A DNA stretch of 64,000 bases from the NCBI GenBank assembly GCA_001822815.1, contig MHSR01000013.1, positions 85,093 through 149,092 on the forward strand, in the 5' to 3' direction. Of the stretch, positions 55,484-63,684 are shown in pieces (position 1 is the stretch's first letter; every line of letters begins with the position of its first letter). The translations under genes and the position numbers were made by a program. A model generated the notes under the pieces. The model was not told the DNA's origin, ran no database searches, and saw nothing but the letters and a program-made list of their open reading frames with translations. The stretch comes from Candidatus Terrybacteria bacterium RIFCSPHIGHO2_01_FULL_43_35. Its GTDB lineage: Bacteria; Patescibacteriota; Minisyncoccia; Terrybacterales; GWB1-40-14.

Positions 55484-56992
55484 ATGATTAAGTATAATTG
55501 TATGCGAGAAAATAAAACAGTTTTGGAAGAAATAAAAGTGCCGGATAAGATTCAGCTGCCAAAAGAAGTTAAAGAGACGATGCAAAAGCTGGATAAAGGC
55601 GGCTTTAAGGCTTTTGTTGTGGGCGGGTGTCTGCGCGATATATTATTGAGCCGCGATCCCAAGGATTGGGATATAGCCACCAATGCCGAGCCAGAACAGA
55701 TTCAAGAGATTTTTCCGGATTCATTTTACGAAAATACTTTCGGCACAGTCGGCATAAAAACAGATTCAAAAAAAGAAGAGCTGAAAGTAATTGAAGTCAC
55801 TACTTTCCGCATCGAAAGTGATTATACCGACAAGCGCCATCCCGATTCGGTGCATTTTGCGAAAACCATTGAGGAGGATTTATCGCGCCGCGATTTTACC
55901 ATTAACGCCATGGCTTGGGATGGCAAAACGCTTATTGACCCTTATGGCGGACAAAAAGATCTTAAAAAAAGGACTATAAGGACTGTTGGCGATGCCGATC
56001 GGCGTTTTCAAGAGGACGCCCTAAGGCTTATGCGCGCTATACGCTTTGGCTCCGAGCTCAATTTTGTTTTGGATAGCAGGACAGCCGAATCCATGCACGA
56101 TCATGCCGGCTTGCTGGAGTTTATTTCTAAGGAGCGCATAGGAGACGAATTCCGCAAATTAATCATGACTACGCACGCGGCACGCGGCATAGAACTTTTG
56201 CGCGATTTAAAAATGCTAAAGTTTGTTTTGCCTGAACTTGAAGAAGGTTGGGATGTTGATCAGAATAAGCATCATATTTATACGGTGTGGGAGCATAATG
56301 TACGTGCCTTGCAATATGCTACCGAACAAGGATATTCTTTTGACGTGCGCTTGGCGGCGTTGCTTCACGATGTGGGCAAACCAAGAAGTAAGCGCGGCAC
56401 CGGTCCGGATTCAACTTTCTACGGCCATGAAGTTATCGGTGCCAAGCTTGCCGCGCGGGCCCTGGAGCGTCTGCACTTTTCTAAAAAAGAAATAGAAAAA
56501 ATATCTTTGCTGGTGCGCGCACATATGTTTAATTATGATCCAAATGTTGTCACCGACGCTTCAGTAAGAAGGCTTATAGCCAAAGTAGGGGAGGAGAACA
56601 TAAAAGATCTGGTTCAAGTGCGTGAAGCTGACCGCATAGGCTCAGGCGTCAAAAAAGCCGTGCCTTATAAGCTTAGGCACTTTATGTTCAGGATTGAGAA
56701 AGTTCTGGCCAAACCGGTTTCGCGCAAGACCATGAAGCTTGATGGAAATGAGCTTATGACTGTCTTGAAACTTGAGGCAGGACCGCGCGTGGGCGCAATT
56801 TTGGAAGCATTATTTGAAGAAATTTTAGATGATCCAGGGCGCAATAAGAAAGATTACCTTGTTGCGCGGGCAAAAGAATTAAATGAGATGTCAGATAAAG
56901 AACTTGGGGCCTTGCGCAAAAAAGCACAGGATAAGTACGCCTCAGTTCTTGAATACGAGGAAGGATTGATGAAAGACAAATATGGCGTATAA
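55484..56992 (+). CDS. cca: CCA-adding tRNA nucleotidyltransferase with HD domain
   Basis: Pol-beta NT motif FVVGGCLRDILL...DWDIAT. HD domain LLHDVGK...H...D. Confidence 0.85.
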   Translation: MIKYNCMRENKTVLEEIKVPDKIQLPKEVKETMQKLDKGGFKAFVVGGCLRDILLSRDPKDWDIATNAEPEQIQEIFPDSFYENTFGTVGIKTDSKKEELKVIEVTTFRIESDYTDKRHPDSVHFAKTIEEDLSRRDFTINAMAWDGKTLIDPYGGQKDLKKRTIRTVGDADRRFQEDALRLMRAIRFGSELNFVLDSRTAESMHDHAGLLEFISKERIGDEFRKLIMTTHAARGIELLRDLKMLKFVLPELEEGWDVDQNKHHIYTVWEHNVRALQYATEQGYSFDVRLAALLHDVGKPRSKRGTGPDSTFYGHEVIGAKLAARALERLHFSKKEIEKISLLVRAHMFNYDPNVVTDASVRRLIAKVGEENIKDLVQVREADRIGSGVKKAVPYKLRHFMFRIEKVLAKPVSRKTMKLDGNELMTVLKLEAGPRVGAILEALFEEILDDPGRNKKDYLVARAKELNEMSDKELGALRKKAQDKYASVLEYEEGLMKDKYGV

Positions 56993-57121
56993 ATTTCTAA
57001 TTTTTAATTTCCAATTTCTAATTATTCTTAAAAATAAATTGAAGACTGTGTCATGGTGTACCCAGCCCCAATTCTTAATTAGAGCTGGGCAGCAGTATGT
57101 CCTGGCACGCATTAAAAAACT

Positions 57122-57192
57122 CGGAGATTAGTATACCGGTAGTACGCACGCTTCGGGTGCGTGAAGACCGGGTTCGATTCCCGGATCTCCGA
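57122..57192 (+). tRNA. tRNA-Pro (anticodon CGG), no encoded CCA
   Basis: Hand fold: acceptor CGGAGAT/ATCTCCG (C1:G72 as in tRNA-Pro), anticodon stem CACGC/GCGTG with loop TTCGGGT, T-arm CCGGGTTCGATTCCCGG. Confidence 0.85.
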
Positions 57193-57336
57193 CTAAAAAT
57201 TTCTAACGAGGCAAGGGTGCGCTTGTCCTGAGCATATTGAAGGATAAAGACCGAGTTCTTCCGCCCAGCCCCAGTTTGAAAAAATAACAAACTGGGGCTG
57301 GGCGGGATTGCTGTTTGTTTCCAATCGTTCCGACGA

Positions 57337-57365
57337 GACTTCGGAACTTTTGGACAAACATGGAA
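57337..57365 (+). terminator. Hairpin GTTCCGAcgagactTCGGAAC plus TTTT
   Basis: 7-bp stem followed by a T-run. A second long hairpin (GCCCAGCCCCAGTTT...AAACTGGGGCTGGGC) lies at about 57270-57310. Confidence 0.45.
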
Positions 57366-57467
57366 GATTCTCGGCGCCCCGACCCAGTTTTTAATCAAGA
57401 CCGATTTCTACTTAGGCGAATGCAGTTAAAACAAGTGTGTCCAAGCCATTGAACCATTACGGTGATA

Positions 57468-57495
57468 TTGACAAAATAATTAGGCATGTTATAAT
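57468..57495 (+). promoter_or_regulatory. Consensus sigma70-type promoter (TTGACA-16 nt-TATAAT)
   Basis: -35 TTGACA at 57468-57473 and -10 TATAAT at 57490-57495, read from the sequence. A roughly 195-nt GC-rich structured leader follows before the Fic-like gene. Confidence 0.55.
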
Positions 57496-57690
57496 GTAAT
57501 AGCGCTACCAACCCCCATGGGCGAGTCGTGGTCACCGTAAGGGTTGAGCGCCGTGAAATAGGGGGGGGCGGCAAGAAATATAAAATGTCGCCCCCTCCAC
57601 CTTCTTTGAATATCGGTTGGGCGCTCCGTAGTTGCGGGGCGCTTTGTTATTGGTATTGAACGCTTTTTCATAACAGGGTAATCTTGGGTT

Positions 57691-58242
57691 ATGGAGGACG
57701 AGCAAAGACATTACGACCCAAAGGAGGTCACGGAATCAAAGATTCACGAAATAAACTTTCCCGAAGGTCTTTCAGAAAAGGACATTGAATTGATCGTTGC
57801 GCAATGCAAACATCAGGGCGCCACGAGCTCCGAACAAGTTAAGGGCTTTGCCGAGGCCTATAAAGAAGCAAAGGAAACCGCTTTTGATTCTGAGAGGTTG
57901 GAATCTATAACCGCTGAAGAGGTAAGAGAGCTTATTTTGCGGTTTGGCGAGCTGACAGAAAATATTAAAAACAAAAACGGGTTCCGTACTGTTCCCGCCA
58001 GGTTCAAAGATTTTTCTTTTGCTTTGCCGCCGGATCTCATAGAAAGAGCGATAAGCAATTTTTCTCAAGCGTATGCCGAAGGACTTTTAGCATCGGAAGA
58101 ATACTATCTAATTTTTGAAGAGATACATCCGATGCTCGATGGTAACGGAAGGATAGGGGATCTACTTTGGAAAATAGATGTTACCCGCAAGACTAAACAT
58201 TGGCCGCAAGAATTGCCACCGGATGTTTTTGGCCCAAAATAA
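57691..58242 (+). CDS. Fic/Doc-family-like protein (HPxxDGNGRxG motif)
   Basis: HPMLDGNGRIGDLLW resembles the Fic active-site motif HPFx(D/E)GNGRxxR. 183 aa. Confidence 0.45.
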   Translation: MEDEQRHYDPKEVTESKIHEINFPEGLSEKDIELIVAQCKHQGATSSEQVKGFAEAYKEAKETAFDSERLESITAEEVRELILRFGELTENIKNKNGFRTVPARFKDFSFALPPDLIERAISNFSQAYAEGLLASEEYYLIFEEIHPMLDGNGRIGDLLWKIDVTRKTKHWPQELPPDVFGPK

Positions 58243-58394
58243 TACCAACAAAGGTGATTTTGATGGATAACCGTATTCGTCCCGCAGGATTTCCGGGCCT
58301 ATAGTAAAGTGTATGGGTAGTCTCGCTATCGCGGGATTGCGTCCAGCCCCAAGCTTTGGAGCTGGACGGGAACATTCGCCCCGCATAAGTTTTT

Positions 58395-58468
58395 GGGGAT
58401 ATAGTAAAGTGGTATTACGGCGCATTCGCATTGCGCAGGCCCGGGTTCGATTCCCGGTATCTCCACCA
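58395..58468 (+). tRNA. tRNA-Ala (anticodon CGC), CCA encoded
   Basis: Hand fold: acceptor GGGGATA/TATCTCC with the G3:U70 Ala identity pair, anticodon stem GCGCA/TGCGC with loop TTCGCAT, T-arm CCGGGTTCGATTCCCGG, 3' ACCA. Confidence 0.85.
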
Positions 58469-58506
58469 ACAGATCCCGCGTATATCAAATATGTTATATT
58501 TAAATT

Positions 58507-59085
58507 GTGGCCAACCCAGAACTCATTAAATATTTAAAAGATAACGCGAGTTTGCCGCGAGAACAAATTTGGGCGCAATTGCGCAAGGCAGAATGGCCGG
58601 ATAGTGAAATTCAGGCCGCCGAAGACGTAATTGCTTCGGAGGGAGGTAATGTGCCAAACAAGGTTTTAAAAGCGGCGACGGCGGGTGCCAAAACATCAAA
58701 ATCGCACCGATTGCCAAGAATAATATTTGTGTTGCTGGGACTGACGGTTATACTCCTTTCGGCTGTTTTCGCGACTATGCCTCTGCAACGTTCTGCGGCG
58801 CAAAAAGCGCAAAGAGACGCGCAACGTGAACGTGACATGTCTACTATTAAACTTGCTATAGAATCTTATTACAGCAAAAATGGCGTTTACCCAGCTACGT
58901 TAGAAGAACTATTAAAAGAGCATATTATAGGTTTTATACCCAACGATCCTTTAGCCAGCACTAATTACACTAATTACATGTATGATGTCACTGCGGATGA
59001 GAAACATTATAGTCTTTGTGCTGTTTTTGAAACTGCACATAAGGGCACAAATTGTTTGTGGACCGATGCAATAATTATAAATTAG
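58507..59085 (+). CDS. Pilin-fold (type IV pilin/pseudopilin-like) membrane protein with a non-canonical N-terminus
   Basis: After a single TM, RDAQRERDMSTIKLAIESYYSKNGVYPATLEEL...IPNDP matches the pilin alpha1-C/αβ-loop pattern. A roughly 60-aa cytoplasmic N-domain replaces the G-FTLIE prepilin leader. Confidence 0.5.
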   Translation: MANPELIKYLKDNASLPREQIWAQLRKAEWPDSEIQAAEDVIASEGGNVPNKVLKAATAGAKTSKSHRLPRIIFVLLGLTVILLSAVFATMPLQRSAAQKAQRDAQRERDMSTIKLAIESYYSKNGVYPATLEELLKEHIIGFIPNDPLASTNYTNYMYDVTADEKHYSLCAVFETAHKGTNCLWTDAIIIN

Positions 59086-59126
59086 TTTAAATGCGCTACC
59101 GCTAGTATGTATACAAAAAGAAACCC

Positions 59127-59151
59127 CTAGATATCAGGGGTTTTTATAACA
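59127..59151 (+). terminator. Rho-independent terminator AAACCCCTagatatcAGGGGTTTTT
   Basis: GC stem plus T-run downstream of the pilin-like gene. Confidence 0.55.
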
Positions 59152-59178
59152 CCTCTATCTATTTGTGGAAGCTAGTCG

Positions 59179-59745
59179 ATGAGCTATGCTTTAATGGGTA
59201 AGAAAGGACAGGTCAAAACGTCATATATGACAAAGAAAATAAGTAAAAAGGAACAGGATTTTATGCGCTCGTATGACGCTCATGCGGACGCGTTATTTCG
59301 GCACTGCTATTTTCGCGTATATGACCGTGAGCGAGCTAAAGAGCTAGTGCAGGAAACATTTATGCGTGCCTGGGAGTATGTGGTCAAAGGGCATAAAGTA
59401 CAAAATCTTCGCGCTTTCCTCTATCGAGTCGCAATAAACCTTATTATTGACGAATCGCGAAAGAATAAACCAGTCTCTTTGGATGAACTAGCTCAAAGTG
59501 GATTTGATGTAGCAAGCGAAGAGTATGAAATGCTGCACACGAAAATAGATGCCTCTAGCGCCGCAGCATTGTTTAAAAACTTGGACGACAAACATCGCGA
59601 GGTTATAATTTTACGTTATTTAGACGGGTTTAAGCCCAAAGAAATAGCCCGGATGCTTAATGAATCTGAAAACGTGGTTTCGGTGCGCCTGCACAGGGCC
59701 ATTAAACAAATTTCAGGCACGTTTACCGCACATGAATCCCGTTAG
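59179..59745 (+). CDS. ECF-type RNA polymerase sigma-70 factor
   Basis: Region 2 (ALFRHCYFRVYDRERAKELVQETFMRAWEY) and region 4 HTH (ILRYLDGFKPKEIARMLNESENVVSVRLHRAIKQI). Confidence 0.8.
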   Translation: MSYALMGKKGQVKTSYMTKKISKKEQDFMRSYDAHADALFRHCYFRVYDRERAKELVQETFMRAWEYVVKGHKVQNLRAFLYRVAINLIIDESRKNKPVSLDELAQSGFDVASEEYEMLHTKIDASSAAALFKNLDDKHREVIILRYLDGFKPKEIARMLNESENVVSVRLHRAIKQISGTFTAHESR

Positions 59746-59940
59746 AAGCCGCGATCGCAAAGGATTAGCAATAAACCCCGTTAGAAAGTTATTTTTGAAA
59801 CTTTTATAGGGAATATTATAATTGATGTGTTTGTGATGCGAGCTTTCTAACGGGGTAAAAATATCTATGTCATATATATAGTATCCATACAAATAATTTT
59901 GCAGATTGAGATCATTGATCGCGATCTGCTTCTAACGGGA
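59737..59940. repeat. Family-B nested palindromic element spanning exactly from the sigma-factor stop codon to the next start codon
   Basis: Outer IR TCCCGTTAGAAGC (59737-59749, containing the TAG stop) and GCTTCTAACGGGA (59928-59940, abutting the ATG). Inner IR CCCCGTTAGAAAG (59777-59789) and CTTTCTAACGGGG (59843-59855). Also GCGATCGC...GATCGCGATC sub-palindromes. Confidence 0.55.
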
Positions 59941-61157
59941 TGAATAACAATCTCCAAAAATTAATAAACGAAGCTAAGCTTTGGGGCTTAACCGTCGAAG
60001 AGCGAAACGGCATTCGCCGAAACCTACTTGCTTTTATGGAGAGCAATCCGCAAGGCGTTCACGGTTTTGGCGCCGAAGCCAGGGTTTCAAACTGGCACGT
60101 CTTATTTACTGCCAAGCCCGTAGCGCTGTTTTTGAGTATTATTTTAATACTGACTGGTAGTACTAGCTTGTCTTTTGCCGCCGAAAACTCTTTACCAGGA
60201 GAAATACTTTATCCAGTCAAGGTAAACATAATCGAAGAAGTACGTTCTGCCCTGGCCTCATCGACTGAAACAAAGGCCAAGTGGGAAAGTGAGCGTATGG
60301 CCGTAAGGCTTGAAGAAGCTGAAGCATTGGCTAACAATGGCCAATTAACCCCCAAGCTCAGAGCAGAGATAGAATATAATTTTGAAAAACACGCTCAGCG
60401 GGTTGATGAGCATGTGGCCAAGCTTGAGGATGAAGGTAACGTTCGGGCCGTAGCCCAGGTTTCATCAAATCTTGAAGTGTCGCTGGAAGTGCACCAAGCT
60501 ATTTTAGAGAACCTTGCCGACCAGGAAAGCGCGGCAGAAGAAATTGATAACGGCGTCATAGGGCAGAGCGAAGAGCTTCTTATCAAAATAGAAGAGAAGA
60601 AAGATTTTGCTTCCTTAGATAGACAGGACAGCGAAGAAAAGGTTTACGAACAACCAACGGACGCCGCTGAAGCTACCGCCCAGGCTGGCTTGCAAGAAGC
60701 CGAGAAGCGAATAGTTCAAGTGCAGGATTTTATATACAATGATAATAAAAGTTCAAAATCCAGCGCAGATTTTTCTTTGATGGAACGCTCGCGAGCCCGT
60801 CTCCTTTCAGCCAAACAAATTTTAGATGACGGTAAGGTTAAGCTGGAGGCCAAAGATTACGCCGAAGCCTTCGTTTTGTTCCAAGCCGCAGACAGGGCAG
60901 CTAGACGAGCCCAATTAATAATGGAGACAAAAAACAATCTTGATATAGAAATTGAGTTGGATGACGATCCAACGGTTTTAGATGAGAATGAATCAAACGC
61001 AAAGACTGAAACCGATAACAACAGTGAAGTAAATGCCGTTGTCGGAGATCCGCCATCTTCGGAAGAGTCCTCAGGGAGCATTTCTAATCAAGACGCCACG
61101 GCGAATAATGAAGATCAACCAGTCGAAGAAGCGTCGCCGGTAATCAGTCTTCCGTAA
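59940..61157 (+). CDS. Single-pass membrane protein downstream of the ECF sigma gene; putative anti-sigma/DUF5667-like partner
   Basis: About 55-aa cytoplasmic N-domain, a TM (VALFLSIILILTG), then a helical extracytoplasmic domain and an acidic tail. Assignment is by genomic context. Confidence 0.4.
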   Translation: MNNNLQKLINEAKLWGLTVEERNGIRRNLLAFMESNPQGVHGFGAEARVSNWHVLFTAKPVALFLSIILILTGSTSLSFAAENSLPGEILYPVKVNIIEEVRSALASSTETKAKWESERMAVRLEEAEALANNGQLTPKLRAEIEYNFEKHAQRVDEHVAKLEDEGNVRAVAQVSSNLEVSLEVHQAILENLADQESAAEEIDNGVIGQSEELLIKIEEKKDFASLDRQDSEEKVYEQPTDAAEATAQAGLQEAEKRIVQVQDFIYNDNKSSKSSADFSLMERSRARLLSAKQILDDGKVKLEAKDYAEAFVLFQAADRAARRAQLIMETKNNLDIEIELDDDPTVLDENESNAKTETDNNSEVNAVVGDPPSSEESSGSISNQDATANNEDQPVEEASPVISLP

Positions 61158-61356
61158 CCGGATTTGAATTTACAGCTAAACACGGAAGAACCAGCGAATT
61201 AAATAATAATAGTAAGGCGGATGCAATAACCCGTGTTAAGGCGAGGGGTTTTTGTTTATCCGTCCTACTTTAATTAAGATCCAGGCTTGGTGAGCCAACC
61301 TTTCGCAGCTTATTAGAGCGCTATAGTGTTATAATATAGTAGATGTAAATTGAACG

Positions 61357-62949
61357 ATGATTGCAATACTCAAAAATAAAATCTTTTTTATCGCCGGCGG
61401 TATTGTGCTGTTGGGTTTTATCGTGTTTTTGGGCATGGGTAGCAAGAAGGAAACGCCGTATGTTTTTACAAACGTGCAGCGCGGGACTTTAGTTGAGCGC
61501 GTTTTTGCTTCCGGCGAAGTTAAATCTTCAGAAGAACTGTTCCTCTCTTTTGTGGCCGGCGGGAAAGTTAAATCTGTCACCGTTAATGTGGGGGACCATG
61601 TAGAGGAAGAACAAGAGCTGGCGCGTCTTGATACGACCTCTCTTGAGGCGCAGGTGAGACAGACCAGCTCCGCACTGGCTAGCGCGCAGGCCAATCTTAA
61701 TAAGGCAATAGCCGGTCCGTCTAAAGAAGAGATAGCTGTAGCGCAAAGCGCTGTTGATTCTGTCCAAACCGCGCTTTCAAATGCCCAGAAAAGCGCTGAT
61801 GACGCGCTTGTCAAGACGTATAGCGACGCCGTTGATATCCTGCAGAATGTGCGCCTAAAAAGCGATGCGGCAAATCAGGCCATGAATAATTTTTATGACC
61901 TGGTCTGCGACTATAAATGTTTCAAGAAATTTAGCGTTTTTATAGTTTCTGATGCAGCACGCCTTAAAGCCGAAGATCAAAAAATAATATCCGACAGCGC
62001 ATTGAACGATATTAAAACAGCCATAAACTTTATCACCCACGCGTCTACACAAGAGCAGATAGATACAGCCATCGCCGATGTTAAAACAAGTCTTGAGTCC
62101 ATTCGTTTAGCCTGTAGTTATACGTATGACGCCTTGCAGACAGACGCCGACAAAACCACAGTAAAAACAGCTTGGACGGATCTGAATACCGTCATCGCCC
62201 AAATCAACTCGCAGGAACAACTTATTATTTCTACCAAGAATACAAATTATGCCAGTATAACCAGCGCCCAAGCTCAACTTGCCACGGCCAAGGCAGAATT
62301 AGATCTGAAAACGGCACCGGCGCGTGACGTCGATTTAGCCGCCTTACGTGCCCAAGTTTCTCAAGCTCAAGCGAATTTAGATTCCGCTAAATATAATTTA
62401 GATAACGCCATACTTGTTGCGCCGGCCCAAGGCGTCATTACTAAAGCCAACATTAAAAAAGGTGAGACGGTTGTAGCCGGCAGCGTGGGCATATCCATGC
62501 TGACCGACGCGCCATTTGCCGTTGAAGCCGACGTTCCTGAAGCCGATATTGCCAAGATTTCTATAGGCGATCCCTTAAAAATAACTCTGGACGCTTTGCC
62601 TGTAGTAAATCTCAGCGGGAAAGTTTTTTCTATAGACCCGGGCCCCAAAATAATCGGCGGGGTCGTGACTTACAGGATTAAGGCCAGCATAGATAATGCC
62701 GAGCAAAGGGTAAGAGCTGGCATGACCGCAAATTTGGATATTGAGACGGCGCGGATCGACAATGTTCTGTTCGTTCCTCAAAGGGCCGTCATAGAAAAAG
62801 ACGCCAAGTCTCAAGTGCGTGTCTTGGTAGGTGGTCAAATAAAAAATATAGAAGTAAAGACCGGTATACGTTCTTCCGAAGGTACGATTGAAATAAAATC
62901 TGGTTTGGAAGAAAGCCAGGAAATTATAAATTATATCAAACAGAAATAG
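61357..62949 (+). CDS. HlyD/MacA-family periplasmic adaptor (membrane fusion protein) with a long coiled coil
   Basis: N-terminal TM, biotinyl-lipoyl-like GEVKSSEELFLSFVAGGKVKSVTVNVGDHVEEEQELARLD, long helical hairpin, beta-barrel and MP domains. Confidence 0.7.
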   Translation: MIAILKNKIFFIAGGIVLLGFIVFLGMGSKKETPYVFTNVQRGTLVERVFASGEVKSSEELFLSFVAGGKVKSVTVNVGDHVEEEQELARLDTTSLEAQVRQTSSALASAQANLNKAIAGPSKEEIAVAQSAVDSVQTALSNAQKSADDALVKTYSDAVDILQNVRLKSDAANQAMNNFYDLVCDYKCFKKFSVFIVSDAARLKAEDQKIISDSALNDIKTAINFITHASTQEQIDTAIADVKTSLESIRLACSYTYDALQTDADKTTVKTAWTDLNTVIAQINSQEQLIISTKNTNYASITSAQAQLATAKAELDLKTAPARDVDLAALRAQVSQAQANLDSAKYNLDNAILVAPAQGVITKANIKKGETVVAGSVGISMLTDAPFAVEADVPEADIAKISIGDPLKITLDALPVVNLSGKVFSIDPGPKIIGGVVTYRIKASIDNAEQRVRAGMTANLDIETARIDNVLFVPQRAVIEKDAKSQVRVLVGGQIKNIEVKTGIRSSEGTIEIKSGLEESQEIINYIKQK

Positions 62950-62998
62950 GTCAGCGCCATCGCCGACGAATTTAGTATCAGCTAATACGATTTGCGGT

Positions 62999-63679
62999 AT
63001 GCTTATCGATGTAAGAAACCTAATCAAGGTTTATGGTTTAGAAGATAGCAAAACACACGCCTTACACGGCGTTTCTTTCACCATTGATAACGGCGATTTC
63101 GTTGCCATTATGGGGCCTTCGGGTTCGGGCAAATCAACTCTTTTGCACATCTTGAGTTTTCTGGACAGGCCCAGCGGAGGCCAATATTTTTTTGAGGGTA
63201 AGGCTATTGAAGACCTTTCGGATGAGGATCTTGCGCGTGTGCGTAATAAAAAAATGGGTTTTGTTTTTCAGTCGTTTAACCTTTTACCCAGAAGGAGCGT
63301 TTTAGACAATGTGGTTTTGCCGCTTATATATGCCAACGTGGGGCAAAGAGAACGTGAAAACAGAGCCCGGAGTTTAATTAAAGACGTGGGTCTGGAGCAT
63401 AGAATATTTCATTTATCCAATCAGCTGTCGGGAGGGGAGGGTCAGCGAGTTGCAATTGCCAGAGCTCTGGTTAATGAACCAACGGTAATTTTTGCCGATG
63501 AGCCGACCGGTAACCTCGATTCGATTTCCGGCAGACAGGTGATGACTTTACTCGAGCAATTACATGATCGCGGTCACACCGTTGTCTTTGTTACCCATGA
63601 TCAAATGATAGCCGATCATGCAAAAAGAATAATACGTTTGAGGGATGGGAGAATAGAAAGCGACTCGATAATAAAATAA
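62999..63679 (+). CDS. ABC transporter ATP-binding protein (MacB/LolD/FtsE-like)
   Basis: Walker A GPSGSGKST, signature LSGGEGQRVAIARAL, Walker B VIFADEPTGNLD, H-loop. Confidence 0.85.
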   Translation: MLIDVRNLIKVYGLEDSKTHALHGVSFTIDNGDFVAIMGPSGSGKSTLLHILSFLDRPSGGQYFFEGKAIEDLSDEDLARVRNKKMGFVFQSFNLLPRRSVLDNVVLPLIYANVGQRERENRARSLIKDVGLEHRIFHLSNQLSGGEGQRVAIARALVNEPTVIFADEPTGNLDSISGRQVMTLLEQLHDRGHTVVFVTHDQMIADHAKRIIRLRDGRIESDSIIK

Positions 63680-63684
63680 AAATT

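Noticed and set aside
57075-57398. 107-aa minus-strand ORF
   Set aside because: It overlaps tRNA-Pro and terminator hairpins, with no RBS. Spurious.
58162-58537. ORFs of 108 aa (minus) and 74 aa (plus)
   Set aside because: They overlap tRNA-Ala and the tRNA-like remnant. Spurious.
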